A DNA stretch of 64,000 nucleotides from Octopus bimaculoides (Eukaryota). The notes below the pieces were generated by a model, which was given only the letters and a program-made list of their open reading frames with translations, was not told where the DNA came from and did no database searches. Positions 50,501-64,000 of the stretch are shown here, piece after piece. The stretch is from NCBI RefSeq assembly GCF_001194135.2, contig NC_068981.1, forward strand, positions 127,429,507-127,493,506, written 5' to 3'. Position 1 is the stretch's first letter. Every line of letters starts with the position of its first letter. A program made the position numbers and the translations under genes.

Positions 50501-50724
50501 CCAGACGATACAAATATTTTTTTAAAAAAAGACTAAACTCTTGATATAACACAAAAACAGAATAATCTACGTTGGTCTATTTTCTGTAGTTATTATAAGA
50601 ATTTGACCAACAACTTTAAAAAGTTCTGCTATTAGCATTTTTTATTTAAATTTCATCGCAGAACTTCCTTGTTATTTAAACACACAATAAATGTAGAAAT
50701 ATTCACAATAAACAAATAAACTCT

Positions 50725-50798
50725 GACATATAACACCGGACGTGACCTTTACCGGAAGTATTCTAATGACTGCATGGTGTCTTTATATTTATTTACTT
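50725..50798 (+). promoter_or_regulatory. Probable PRPF4 promoter and non-coding first exon
   Basis: CRE-like GACGTGAC, ETS site ACCGGAAGT (50752-50760), CTT|GTAAGA donor at 50799, CpG-enriched surroundings, next acceptor at 53307 ahead of the ATG. Confidence 0.5.
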
Positions 50799-53319
50799 GT
50801 AAGATACCATTGCCGGTATGTAATACAAAGCTAAATTTTCCTTGGTTCCATTTAATTTTCAGTTGATTAATTTTTCTCTCTATTCTTTGTCATCGCTGTC
50901 TTCACCTAAATAGTTTATTTAGTTTCACATGACATGTTCTTTTATAGTATTTAAATCAAGACCTCTGTTCAATTTTAGCCTGGTAAGTTTTGTTCCTCCA
51001 GATCCAAAAGTATGGGACTCTATGGAATGAATATTAGCATTAGTATTCTAAGATCCATTCAGTCGATTAAATCTTCTACTCGACAAAAGTGAATTTGTGG
51101 ATAGTAAGAAAATAAATAACGGTTAACTATACAATAATCAGAAAATCGTGAAACGAATTGCGACTTTTTCCCCGATTAAGGGATCTTATTCAAAACGTTC
51201 GCTTTTAGTCGATACACAACAACATAGTTTATTGTTTCTTGCTGACATAGACAACCAATAATCTCTTCGATTTATATTCGTTTTATTTGCGATTAAAAGA
51301 TATCAGAAATCGATTCTTTAAAAGCTTGAACCAAAAGATAACGTCGAGGAATCCTACTCAAGTACACATAGACAAAATAATTTTTTTAAAAACTCAGTAT
51401 GAGAGATGGTAGAAAACCTCGATGGTTTGTAGTATCGCTTCGAAAAATTAATTCAAAGCCAACATTTACAATGTTAGTAAAAAACAAAACAAAAAAACAA
51501 CGTAACGTTAGAAACACGAACAAGCCAAAACACTTTTTTTTTTCAAACGAACTGATAATATATGAATTGTTATAATTAGTAAACAACATTGAACCTTATC
51601 GCCCCTCCCTGTCAGATTTATTCTAGGATATAGGCCTTGACTGTTTTGCCAGACAACTGACTTTTTAAAATTTCCTTTTCGCAAGAATGGTATAGAATGT
51701 TAGTTTAAATGTTTTACAGCATTAAACTATTTCCCCTGCGTGAATTCAAATAACATTGAAGTTGATCTAACTGGCTTTCATTCTTCTGGGGCCAATAAAA
51801 TAAGTACCTGTCATATACTAGTGTCGACTCAGTCGATTATCTCTATCTCACGAATCTAGTTTTGTGCTAGTGTAAAAAATTAATATTTTGTACTCACGGG
51901 ACCAGTGCCAAAAAGTTCCCTTCAAGCCTAGTACTTAGACTAGGTTTTTTTGTTTTACTAATACTGCTAATTGTAGCCTAGAAAAAGACATGAATGTGCC
52001 AGTTAGGGAACATTTACATGTCACTCGATCTGTTCGAAAAAAGGACGGGATGGTCACCACTGGATTGCCTTCGGTTCATAGGTCTGCTCAATCAAGCTTA
52101 ACCAGGTGTTTAGCATTATGAACGCTATACAGTCTTCTTTTCCCCGCCTCTTTCCCTGTTTTTGTAGTTGTACATAGTGGTGATGTCAATAATTGTAATT
52201 GCATCCTTTGTTGTTTGTCATCAACTTTATGTGAATTAATTTAGATTAATTTACACTAAGTTGGTATCACACTATTCCAATCAAGCTTAACTTCTATATG
52301 TTAAGGGCAGTCTATTTAAGTATAGTAGCTTTCAATTAATTTTATTATCTTGTGAAGAAAGTACTCTTGGAAAATTGTACATCATTTTCTTTTGATAGAG
52401 TTGCAAGACAATGTTGTGCTCATTGTTGAAAAAGAATCTAGCCATTCATCAACATAGTATGAGTTTGTATCAAGATTTTAAGGTGTATCTCTTTTATTCT
52501 AAATAGTGGTAAAAATCTTAATTCCATGAAAGAGATGGGATTTCTGAACCACTATCCAGAAGAAACAGAATAATGATTCATGTGATGTATAGTTAGTCAC
52601 TGCACATATATACACTTGCTATTACTGGTATAAAGCTAATCCATTTCCAAATCACAATGATCCATGTTACGTGATACATACTACAGTTTTTGTAACCTTA
52701 AACAAATGGGAAATAGAGCTTCCTCTGTTTGGATTGGATGCTAGTTTATACAGGTATCTTTCTCACAGGCAGAATTAAACTTGGTACTACCAGCTAGCAA
52801 ATCATTCATCAAATCAACAATGCTGTCACTGCTTGGAGCAATGAATTATTCCTATCCTATGATATCTATTTTCATTTAAGAGTCAAATGCCTAGTCATAG
52901 ATAAAATATGTTACCTAAGGTAAGACACAAACCATTGCATTTATGGGTGATTATCTGTTACCCTATGTGCTTAGCTAGCCACACTCTATATTACTGATAG
53001 AACTTTATAGTTAACTGTTGCTCAGTTGGATTCGTTCATATTTAATGTTTTAAAAATTAGTTTTACATCTGCTTTGACTAGTTTTTCTCATAGTTTTACA
53101 GCTGAGTGAACTGGAGCAATTCCCATTGAGGTCAATAAATTAAGTACCTCTTACATAGTATGCTCTGTGAAATCAATGAGGCATCTTATAAAATAATGAC
53201 CAGATCAAAAAAAAAACATTTTTATATTGTTTCAGTCAAATCATCTCCACTGTATATTTCTTTTGTTCTCTCTTCTTTTAACTTACTTTTTTGTTTTTAA
53301 TTTTTAGAAGTAGCCAACC

Positions 53320-53479
53320 ATGTCTGATGATGAAAATGAAGTGTCTTACTACAGGAAAGATAAAGTAGTGCATTATGGGAGTCTTGAAGAACATCAGAAT
53401 ACTGACAATGATTCACACCGTAAAACCTCTAGTGCTATAGAAGCTGGAATAGCTGCTGGAAATATTAACATATCAGATG
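53320..53479 (+). CDS. PRPF4: U4/U6 snRNP protein Prp4, first coding exon
   Basis: MSDDENEVSYYRKDKVVHYGSLEE...IEAGIAAGNINISD. G|GTTTGC donor, phase 1. Confidence 0.92.
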
Positions 53480-53627
53480 GTTTGCACTTTTCAATACTTC
53501 TCAAATTTTGTTTTACCTTTGAAGTACTAATTGTATTCTCAGTATAATGCGGAAAAAATTTTAAAACGGATATGTACAGCAAGTGTTTGTTGTATTTAAA
53601 AAAACAAAACAATTGTTTCCATTTCAG

Positions 53628-53704
53628 GAGCAGTGTTTGAAATTGATGATGAACAAAGTGAAAGCCAAGCAGAATTACTAGCAGAATTTGAACGCAGGAA
53701 AAGG
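53628..53704 (+). CDS. PRPF4: PRPF4 exon
   Basis: GAVFEIDDEQSESQAELLAEFERRKR, phase 1-0. Confidence 0.95.
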
Positions 53705-53776
53705 GTGGGTGACTTGATTTGAGCCTTTCTAAAATCAACTCTGTTATTTGTCTGTGTTGATCATTCTTTATTGCAG

Positions 53777-53794
53777 ATGATGAAATTCTTCAAG
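53777..53794 (+). CDS. PRPF4: Candidate 18-nt cassette microexon of PRPF4 (MMKFFK)
   Basis: ttctttattgcag|ATGATGAAATTCTTCAAG|gtacta. In frame, phase 0-0, no stop. Confidence 0.35.
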
Positions 53795-54907
53795 GTACTA
53801 AAAACCTATGCATTTATGTTAAGATATTACCTAATGTCAGTCAGTTACATAAAGATATTTAGCAACAGTAACATCTAGGTCTTTGTAATATGAAGAGATC
53901 ATTGAGTATTTGTGATATCATATAAATACATGTAGTTCTTTGTGATATCATGTAGAGTTATCTAGTTCTTGTGATTAAAATTTCTTGTTTTGGCACAAAA
54001 ATCAGACTCCAGGGATGGGAATGAGATTGTCATATTCATCTTCTTCTCAAGGACATTAATAATGTATATGCAACAAAAGGGCTTTAACTGCTGACGTTTC
54101 TTATTCAACAGAAAAATCACTGGTATTAAATAGAAACAGATTTTTATTATTTAATTGAGAAGCAAAACTTCATTATACACTTCTAGCATATTCTTAACAA
54201 AAACTCTGTTAATTCTTTCTAAGTTTCATGAGTGCAGTTAGTTTTCTTTTTCTTAGTCTATGAAGATATTGTGAATGAAAGGTGTCAGAATGAGTACAAA
54301 AAAGAAATATACTGATATGTTGTTGCGCTTTAGCACTTATCAGACATCCTATCATCAAATATATTCCAGCTTGACTATTCCATCTTTTTTGTGAGTAATA
54401 TACTACAACTATCCTATGTGTCCTTTTCTGTTTTTAAACAGTAGAGTGTAGTTTGATGGAAATTTGGCTGCTGTTTGTAGCAGCTCAAGTGACTACATAG
54501 AGGCAACCTGATATTGTAAATATATGTGCTATGTAAAAAGCACTCATGCTGGGGCCACATAAAAGCGCTTGCGCAGTGCCATGTTAAAAGCACCCAGCAC
54601 ACACTGTAAAGTTGTTGGCATTAGGAAGGGCATCCAGTCACAGAAACCATGCCAGACCAGATTGGAACTCAGTGTAGCTTTTTATGTGAGGCCATCACCA
54701 GTGCTTTTTATGTGGAACCAGGACCAGTGCTTTTTACATGGCACCAGTACCCACACCAATGCTTTTTTCACAGCACTTTGGTTTTCTCTAAGCCATACCA
54801 CTATGGAAAAATCATGATGATGATGATTTGTTAATGTTTCGTAATAACTGTTTTGTACAACAATTTGCATATTACTTTTGATTTGTCTCTCTGAATCTCT
54901 AATGCAG

Positions 54908-54980
54908 GCTCGACAGATTCAAGTATCCACTGATGACACTGAAGTAAAAGCTACTTTAAGGCAACTCGGGGAGCCTATAT
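54908..54980 (+). CDS. PRPF4: PRPF4 exon (start of the PRP4/SFM motif)
   Basis: ARQIQVSTDDTEVKATLRQLGEPI, phase 0-1, GTAAGT donor. Confidence 0.96.
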
Positions 54981-55533
54981 GTAAGTCTTAGATGAAATAT
55001 ATTTACTTTGTTATTTACCTTAGCTGTTTTTGTTTTCCCTTATCCACATATGCACACTGCTGCACAGGTTTCAATCTATTCTCCTATACACAAGTGTTGG
55101 ATACCGTTAAGGAACAGTCTATATAGTTATACTTTTTACTCCAATCTTTTCAGTCTTGTGTCTGTCCATCATCAGTGTGGAGCTGTTACAAGTCACTTTT
55201 ATCTGCATAACCATTCTTGGAGAGTCTGTGAGAGCTTGTGACTCTACCCTTAAAATTGCCTACCTGCTTTGGACACTTCATTTGTACTGTTGATGATGAA
55301 ACTTGCATAGCTGTCTTCCTTTGGCAGCTTTTTTTCCCCCATTTTAGTCAGAAAAAACACTGTCCATGCTCCTATATAAAGCTTCCAAGATCAGTGAATG
55401 GAAAGGTGTGAAACATTCTCAACAATGAGTTTATATTGTATATGTGTTAAAGATTATTCATGCTGTTCTTTTTTATTTAAGCATTTTTTTCTTGGATTTT
55501 TATTTATTAACTCTGTTCAATTTTGTTCTTTAG

Positions 55534-55658
55534 GTCTCTTTGGAGAAGGTCCTGCTGATCGTCGAGAACGTTTGAGGCAGTTGTTAGCTCAGATTGGAGA
55601 AGACACTATAAAAAAAAAGAAAATTGAACAAGAAGAAAAGAAAAAGAAAAGAGAAGAG
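55534..55658 (+). CDS. PRPF4: PRPF4 exon
   Basis: CLFGEGPADRRERLRQLLAQIGEDTIKKKKIEQEEKKKKREE, phase 1-0. Confidence 0.96.
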
Positions 55659-55880
55659 GTAGAGTTTTAAAAAATGATTACATCATTCTATTTTATAGTA
55701 TGTAGATTCTGAAAAATGTGCATTATCTTTCCAGTTATTGTCTTCTCTTTACCTTTTTCTAATGTAGGAATTGTGAAAATTTAGTCGTCAAAATTCTGTT
55801 AATATTGGACTTTATCTGGATCATAGTTTGCATTTGTTGTGATTCACTATTAAATTTTGATTTCCCTTCACACACACACA

Positions 55881-55957
<77 letters not shown>

Positions 55958-56838
55958 CCCCTCCCCCTCTCTCTCTTAGCCATCTGCCATTTCTATTCTG
56001 ACCACTTCAATTGATGTTTTCTTATGTCTTTCCAAGTTATCAGCCAGTTATTTATCCTGCTTTTATCTCATTTTAACTGCTTCATTCTTTAATTCCATGT
56101 TCTCTGACATAACTGTTTCCAGTTGATGCCATCTCTCTTCACTTTGCAATATGTGGACAGCTACTGAAAATATTTTGTCTTCACTGGACACATCTTACTT
56201 TTGTTTTGGACACACTATTTCAAAATTCAGACCTAACTATTACATTAATGCTAAAGTGATATATTTAGTGCTGACAGGGTTCTGAATTCAAACCTTGCTA
56301 TAACCATTTTCATGTCCTCTTAACATTGCCCTAAACAACCTCAATGAGAAATTGGTGCTTTTCCATTTCAGACTGAGAGATTTAATATTACAAAGTATCT
56401 GTTTTCTGTAAAAGTATTAACTGCAGATATTTGCAGCCAAAGTCCAACTCATACTAGCCATGAACAATATATATATAATTTCAAACATTTTACACCGTTC
56501 TTTTTGATATTTATATGTCTAGGCTAGTTCAAAAATTAAATATTCTGATTGCTGTAGTGAATATCATTGCAGAATAAGTACTGTTTTACGTCAGCCAACA
56601 CATATTGAAACACTAGTGTCCCAGAAACCCATGTACCAATGAGCTGAGTGTGTTGCATACACTGTTATTGTAAAAGAAAAAAGTTATTCTCCTATGGTGT
56701 ACACTACAGCAACTTGTATATTTTGTATCTGAATGTGCCTAGATGTGTTAAGAGTATATTTGTAAATAATCATTCCAGATCTCACTGTGCATGGTGCAAA
56801 TAATGATTTTTTAAATATGTGTTCTTATGTTTGTTTAG

Positions 56839-56918
56839 GAAAATATCACTTGGTATCATGAAGGCTCAGACACACTAAAAGAATCTCGATATTGGTTAGC
56901 ACTTTATTCTATTCCAAG
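56839..56918 (+). CDS. PRPF4: PRPF4 exon
   Basis: ENITWYHEGSDTLKESRYWLALYSIPR, phase 0-2, AG|GTGAGT donor. Confidence 0.96.
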
Positions 56919-57849
56919 GTGAGTCAAACTGTGGAATTTGTTGTTTTATATATTATGAAGCCACTTGTGACTGCTTCTGTTTTTTAGGGTTTTATCTCCT
57001 TAGATACACTTGCATAGAAGGAATATTATTTATTTAACCATAGCCATAATATTACTGGTTCTTAATCTGACAACTTTCATATAATGTAACTATAAAATGT
57101 ATAATAAAAGCTATAATATTCCTCTTGTTATATAGTTTGACATGTTGTATCATGTGACTCAACCCATTAGTTACATGAGCTTTACTATTTAACAAGGCTG
57201 ACAGTTCAAAGTGAGAGCTGGACTAGATACGTTATCTGAAGATAAAGGACCTCATATGTCAATGTCATAACTTGGAGGGCTATTGGACTGTGAGACTTCA
57301 CTAAAAGGAAAGAAATAATGGCAACAAAGAGGAAAAAATTTTAAACAGTTGGAAGACAGAAATAGTCTAAAAGTAAACTCAATGCAGGAAAATGAACTTG
57401 ACCAATAGAACAGTTAAGTTTTGATAAATATCCAAAAATGGGATATCTTTGGAAGAACTGGTAAGAAATACCAAATTGCTTATGACTGTTTGAGACATAT
57501 ATCCATAAATGAGCAATATCTATTTTTAAGAATCCTAAAAGGTGCCATAAAACAGTAGCAATGGTTGAACATTGTACAAACCAATTGCTACTTAAAGAAA
57601 AAGAAGAAAATATGTATTGAGAAAAAAAACAATGTTTAAAGTTATTTAACAAGAAGAAAAAAACATAAAAATTTTGGTAAGTTTGCTAGGAGAATGATTT
57701 TGAAAATTTGTGAAATAAAAAATATTTCTGTGCTTTGTACTCACACAATTAGAGATAAACTAAAATCTTGCTTCTTTTTGTTTTGTTTTTAAAATAAAAT
57801 GCAAGTCTCTGGTGATAAAGAATCTTTTGCAGTTGTAGCTTTTATCATT

Positions 57850-58210
57850 TTCATCATCATCATCACCATTTAGCATCTGTTTTCCATGCCAGAATGAATT
57901 AGACAGTTTGCCTGGACCAGAGAGCAGCATCAGGCTCCAGTTTGCTTTGGCTTGGTTTCTACAGCTGGATGCCCGATGCCTTTCCTTATGTCAACCACTC
58001 TACAGAGTGTACAGGGTGTCTTTTACGTGCCACCAGCATGAATGCCTTTTACATGTCACTGGTGTGGGTGCCTTTTATGTCACCAGCATGGATGCTTTTA
58101 CATGTCACCCGCACTAGCCACTACCTCAGTTTCACTATTTTACTTAACTTGGCATGTCTTCTCAAGCACAGCAAATTGACAGACGTCTCAGTCACTTGTC
58201 ATTGCCTCTG
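57850..58210 (-). mobile_element. Older RTE-related 3' UTR fragment
   Basis: Reverse (GAT)n tail and ctacagctggatgccc block. Confidence 0.7.
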
Positions 58211-58719
58211 AAGATGTGGGATGAATTAGTGGCAGCTTTGTTTTGGATTGATACTTTACAAGGTGATTCTTTGATCTGTGTGACTACAGTTTGTATCAAC
58301 ATTTAGTGTGTAGCCTCCATTTGATTTGTATTAACATGTAGTGACTACATTCCATTTGTGCTTATATTCACTGTGTATGTCAACATTTAGTAACTACATT
58401 TAGTATATGTAACTATAATTGATTTTGAAGATTGTTTAAAGCAGCTGGTTTCTACAAGTGTATAAAAGAGGTCAAATGCTCTATAAAAAGAAAGGAGAAA
58501 TGTACCAATTTTGTTGTAGCTTTGCGAGTTTGGCATACTTGCTGTGTCATGTCACTCAACTCTGTCATGTGAGCTGCACTATTTAACAAGACTAGCATTT
58601 CAGTGTGTGAGATGAACCAGGCAGTTTAATAGGGTATCTAGAGATAAAGTATCTTGTATGACTATGGCATTACTTGGATGACTTGTGAGAATTCAATACA
58701 GAGATTGAAAAGAAGCACT

Positions 58720-58975
58720 ACTGATGCTATCCTTCTAGTTAGACAACTGCAGGAGAAGCATTTAGCGAAAAATAAGCCTCTGTACTTGGATTTTGTTGAC
58801 ATAGAGAAAGCCTTTGACAGAGTCCTCTATCCCTTATCTAACAGTCAATGCAAAAGCTAGGAATAGATGAGTAGTTTGTGAGAGCCATGCAAACCATGTA
58901 TGGGGATGCTCTCAGTAGGGTGAAAGTCAGCCATGAGTATAACAGCAAATTTAGTGTACAGGCAGGAGTTCGCCA
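58720..58975 (+). mobile_element. RTE RT fragment
   Basis: STTDAILLVRQLQEKHLAKNKPLYLDFVDIEKAFDRV, paralleling the 39063-40586 ORF. Confidence 0.85.
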
Positions 58976-59198
58976 TCTATTTCTATCTCTCTCTCTCTCT
59001 GACTGTCTCTCTGCCTTTCTCTCTCTCTGACTGTCTCTCTGCCTTTCTCTCTAACCCTATCTCTCCTTTCTCTCCTCTCTTTTACCTACTGGTATAGTCA
59101 GGTATCTCCTCTTTCATAAGATACCTATCTCTATCCCTGTATTATACACTAACCTCTGGTACAGTAACACGTCCTGTGGTTCCACTCCCTCTCCTGAT

Positions 59199-59440
59199 GG
59201 AGGCATGTGGCTTAGTGGTTAGAGCGTTGGACTCATGATTGTGAGATTGTGGTTTCGATTCCTGGACAGGGCGATGCATTGTGTTCTTGAGTAAAACATC
59301 TCATTTCATGTTGCTCCAGTCCCCTCAGCTGGCAAAAAGGAGTAATCCTGCATGGACTGGCGTCCTGTTCAGGTAGGGAATTTATACATCATGGAAATTG
59401 GGAAACCGGTCCTTATGAGTTGGCATGACTTGAGAAGCTA
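59199..59440 (+). mobile_element. tRNA-derived SINE (diverged, family C)
   Basis: A-box tggcttagtggtta, B-box ggtttcgattcct, non-tRNA body. Confidence 0.7.
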
Positions 59441-60082
59441 ACTTTTTTTACTTCCTCTCCCAGTTGAGTGGTCTTTGTCTTGCTGGTGTCAGTGCCACAA
59501 AAAAGTGTCCAGTTTATTTTGTAAAGTGGCTGGCATTAGGAAGGGCATCCAGCTGTAGAGACCATGCCAAAACAGACTAGAGCCTGGTACAGTTCCCTGG
59601 CTTGCCAGTTCCTGTCACATTGTCCAACCCATGCCAGCATGGAAGATGGATGTTAAATGATGATGATATGGAGGAATCTAAACTCAAAATGTAGAGATAA
59701 AACTAATTCATACCTAATATCTTCATTGACACAGAGCTTCAGATTTATAGAGGAGGGTTTATTTTATTTAATTCCAATACATGTGTGCTGCTTCATCAAC
59801 CCCAGAGGTGTTGAAGGCAAAGGTAATTATAATAGAATTTCAACTAAAAACCATAGAAGTGTGAAACTATGTACTATTAGGTATTTAACTCACTCTACTC
59901 ACCTTCCTGATACTCATGTTTGATAATAGTAAATGTTACAGTGAACCACCATAGTTTCATAAAACTCGTATTTCACTGGTGTTAAGCAGATAAGAGATGA
60001 ATCATTCATGTCTATAGAATATCAATCTAAGACAAATAATATTTCCAGAGGATTTAGAATCTATTCATCACAGTCAGGATGT

Positions 60083-60469
60083 GGAGGCGCAATGGCCCAG
60101 TGGTTAGGGCAGCGGACTCGCGGTCATAGGATCGCGGTTTCGATTCCCAGACCGGGCGTTGTGAGTGTTTATTGAGCGAAAACACCAAAAGCTCCACGAG
60201 GCTCCGGCAGGGGATGGTGGCGAACCCTGCTGTACTCTTCCACCACAACTTTCTCTCACTCTTACTTCCTGTTTCTGTTGTGCCTGTAATTCAAAGGATC
60301 AGCCTTGTCACACTATGTCGCACTGAATATCCCTGAGAACTACGTTAAGGGTACATGTGTCTGTGGAGTGCTCAGCCACTTGCACGTTAATTTCACGAGC
60401 AGGCTGTTCCGTTGATTGGATCAACTGGAACCCTCTACGTCGTAAGCGACGGAGTGCCAACAACAACAA
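60083..60469 (+). mobile_element. tRNA-derived SINE (family A), full length with TSD
   Basis: Same family as 7022-7406. (CAA)n tail. 13-bp TSD CATCACAGTCAGG at 60066-60078 and 60470-60482. Confidence 0.92.
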
Positions 60470-61699
60470 CATCACAGTCAGGTATATTGAGGTCAATGGT
60501 TATATGTTTTCTGTTTATAGACTCAAAGAAATCCTTGCAACGCACATCAATTCTTGATTGGTTATGCATTTGGTTGTTTCATTTCTGTCTTCATATTTAC
60601 CTGCTTTATTTTGATACTGACTTAATAAATTTTTTTTAAAGGCATAGCAATTGTGTAAATTTCTAGCTTTCAGAGTTCAACTGCTCCTGCCTATGGGAGA
60701 AGTAAACCAAAAAATACTTGAGTTAAATAGTTAGATTACACTTTGCTTCCCAGTGGTACAAGATAAAGCTATGTGGAATCTGGTGAATTACAGACCTGTC
60801 TGGCACATTGGTTCAGGATCTTAAAGCAACAATGATAAGAACAAGAGCACTGACATGAGAGTTAGATATGACTTTCAAATTTTGGCACAAGGCCAATGAT
60901 TTTGGATGAGGAGTTAAGTCGATTACATTGAACCCAGTGTTCAACTGGAGTCAATGTAATCAACTGGTATCAACTGTCCTGCCTTTAAAAAAAATTTATT
61001 AAGTCAGCATCAAAATAAAGGAGGTAAATATGAAGACAGAACCGAAACAACCAATAAAGAATTGATGTGTGGTGCAAGGATTTCTTTGAGTGTATAAATA
61101 GAACAATTTTATCAACCTCGAAAGGATGAAAGGCAAAGTTGACAGTAGCAGAATTTGAACTCAGAACATAAAAATGGACGAAATGCCACTAAGCTTTTGG
61201 TCTGGCCAAGCTAATGATTTTGCCAGCTCACCACCTTAGAGTTAGATATTAACAAGGGTGTTATGTATTGTTAATGTCATAGATACTACATTAGTTAATG
61301 GCTTTCGGTCTCATTCACTTTTGAAGAATGCATTCCTAAATAAGACAGTACATCTTTTGGTTAAACAATATGACCCATGGTACTATATTCCCATTTCATA
61401 AAGTATTGGAGAAAATAATGAGCTTCAAACTGGTAATTTCAATTATTCATATTCCAAACTTATTCAGCCTACAATTCACGGGCTGCATACAGCATTTTGT
61501 GATTTCCCATGCTATGATGAAAAACTTTTCTTTAAAACAATGTATCCCTTCTCATTTACCTAGCTGTATAGCTCTGTATGCATATATCTTAAATTTGAAA
61601 GTCTGTCTAATCCATAACAAACAAATGTAAAGTTATTTGAAATCTTTTGGTTACAAGCTTTCGTTTCATGAACTTCTCTTTTTAAATTATTTTTTTCAG

Positions 61700-61793
61700 A
61701 GCAAAAGCACGCATCAAACTTCAAAAAGAGTCCAAAAACATGCCCAAAGCACAAAGAGATGCTAAATTACATGATCTTCATAAAAGAATTCGG
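61700..61793 (+). CDS. PRPF4: PRPF4 exon (last seen; WD40 exons lie beyond the window)
   Basis: AKARIKLQKESKNMPKAQRDAKLHDLHKRIR, phase 2-0, GTACTT donor. Confidence 0.92.
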
Positions 61794-62251
61794 GTACTTA
61801 TTAATTTTCTTAATTGTTTATACTTTCATATTGTTATACTTTTTGTTATATTTTATAACAAGCTTAAAAGCAGCACTCCATGTGGACTTTTAGGCTAGCT
61901 CCTGCAGAGGGCTAATTAGACCTTTGGCCCAAAACTAAAAACAGCAATAATAATGAAACATTTATTGGTATCCTACCATCTCAGATTTATATCACAGAGT
62001 ATCACATTTGGGGAATTTTGTATTGCTGTGACATTTTGAGATCACTGTAAAACAGCAGGATGAACAACATTCTTGGTTGGCAGACAGAATGTTGCATTTA
62101 TTGTTGTAGGTAACAGAGGTAATTGTCACAAAGTTTTGGTATTAAATTCAAAAAATTTTCTGATACGGAATGTCCTGGTTATTATTATTATTGCTAAGGG
62201 AGGTAACTCTTGTAAACCGTTTGAAACATCTTATGGTCACTTTACCTGCTA

Positions 62252-62320
<69 letters not shown>

Positions 62321-63572
62321 CAGCCCAAATGCTCTTGCAGCAGATCCCAATGTTTGATGTTCAAGAACCAAATGAAGGTTAGATTTTCAATCCCCGGATC
62401 ATTCTGATTCCAAAAAGGTATAATATGTCTATGTAGAGCGAATGTCGACTGAGATACAAGGGTTCCAGATAGACAGACAGAATTTCACTTTTATTTATAT
62501 AGATTATAATCAACAATGATGATGATGATGATTTATAATTATAATTTTCTTAGCACTCTGTGTATCGCACTTAAAGTAGACACATTTTTGAAAGCCTTAT
62601 AAGCTGTAGTATTCATCTCAAAAAGTGTCTCTTGTAGACATGTAGTGCAAAAAACTCTGAAATATATCAGTAGCAACCAAAAGCCATCCAGCAGTGGTGG
62701 TGGCATTGCTAAATATGGATTTCTGCTTCTTGGGGCTTCATTAATAGTAAGTAACCATTGGCATCTGCATGCTGGTTACTTGCTACTGAGGAAACTTGAA
62801 GAAGCATAAATATGTATTTAGCAGTGTTGGATGATTTTCATCTACTGTTGAAATATTCTGAGTTTTTTAACACTGTCAAACAAGAGATGCTTTCTTGAGA
62901 TGAATATGACGGTTTATAAGGCTCTCAACAGTGTATTTACTTTAAGTACAATACACAGATTGCTATTTTGAACTAATGTTGCTTCTCTCACTAATAATGA
63001 ATTTAAAAAAATTTTCTTAATTACATTTTAACTGGTATAAAATATTTTTGTTTTTATACTCAAATTATTGTAGAAATTAAAATTTCTCTTTTTAGAGGAT
63101 GAATCAATCATAAGTGAATAGGTATTTTATCTGTTGATGGTTTAGTGTTGTTAAAGCAAATTAGGTGGCTTTGAGAGCAGTGTTTTTCTTAACTGTATTA
63201 TTTATTGTGTTCAGGACATTCACTTTAAATTGGAAAACAAGTATTTATCGTTAACATTAGCTAAAAATAATAACACATAACATCACTACTAGTACTACTA
63301 ATAATATCAGTATTATTGTTTTGAAATTAACACAAAAAGCTGCATCTGAATATTTCATAGTTTTAAAATCAAACCCTTTCAGAATCAGGTTTGTCTTACA
63401 TCTCCCTAAGGTTGATCAAATAATTACCAACTAAATGTTCTTTTTCATTTGCAAAATTTCTAGGTTTGGAGAGCGTCTGAGCTGGTATTCTCAAAAGCAT
63501 GAAATGTGACTCATATTTCCTATTCTACTCACATTATTCAACCTTCCCTTTCTCTTTGCCATCAGAATTAGA

Positions 63573-64000
63573 ACAAGCACCCACTACACTCTCTGAGTGG
63601 TTGGCGTTAGGAAGGGCATCCAGCTGTAGAAACTCTGCCAAATGCTGTGTGTGAGAAGACCCGGCACGCCAAGTGAGACCTAAATCTAAGGCCTCAGCCA
63701 GGCCACTTATGCGTACCTTCCTTCATTGGACACTAAACTCCACTTGCGAAGACCTGTTGAGGCAAGTGAAATCGAAATCGAGTTAAATTCGACGACTGGT
63801 ACCCATGCCAACGTCGGGGCAAGCGAAAGCAAAATCGTGATGGCACCTGTGCCCAGCGTCGCCTTTCTGGCACTTGTGCCCGCGGCATGTGTAAGGAATT
63901 TCGAGAGAGATCGTTGCCAGTGCCCCTGGACTGGCTCTTGNNNNNNNNNNAACAAGCACCCACTACACTCTCTGAGTGGTTGGCGTTAGGAAGGGCATCC
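63573..64000 (+). mobile_element. Nested or tandem RTE 3' fragments around a 10-N gap
   Basis: Tail block 63573-63642, then ORF end and 3' UTR 63643-63940, then the same tail block again from 63951. Confidence 0.75.

Noticed and set aside
53777-53783. Box C (ATGATGA) of an intronic snoRNA
   Set aside because: No matching box D with a terminal stem was seen at a suitable distance. A microexon explains the context better.

Overview
AT-rich animal genomic DNA with six N-gaps and no prokaryotic features. Its repeat content ((GAT)n-tailed RTE LINEs, tRNA-headed SINEs, long microsatellites) resembles an octopus or other coleoid cephalopod; that species call is an inference. Three spliced plus-strand genes were rebuilt by hand from GT-AG boundaries and phase continuity. 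(1) The last four exons of an SS18/CREST-like BAF subunit (654-11484), with a 33-unit [14 protein letters not shown] heptad expansion. (2) A six-exon, 245-aa tandem DUF1330-like gene (32123-45277) behind an RFX X-box cluster. (3) The first six coding exons of PRPF4 (53320-61793), which continues past the window and has a candidate 18-nt in-frame microexon. A probable small minus-strand gene converges on gene 2 with overlapping stop codons (TTAG, 45274-45277). Mobile DNA includes a near-full-length Tx1/L1-clade LINE, many RTE copies, a Merlin-type transposon with about 400-bp TIRs and a perfect 9-bp TSD, a Merlin-like MITE carrying telomere-like repeats, Chapaev3, Helitron, Penelope and CR1-like remnants, hammerhead-ribozyme-like motifs and several long fold-back hairpins. 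Homology calls come from remembered family motifs, not database searches.
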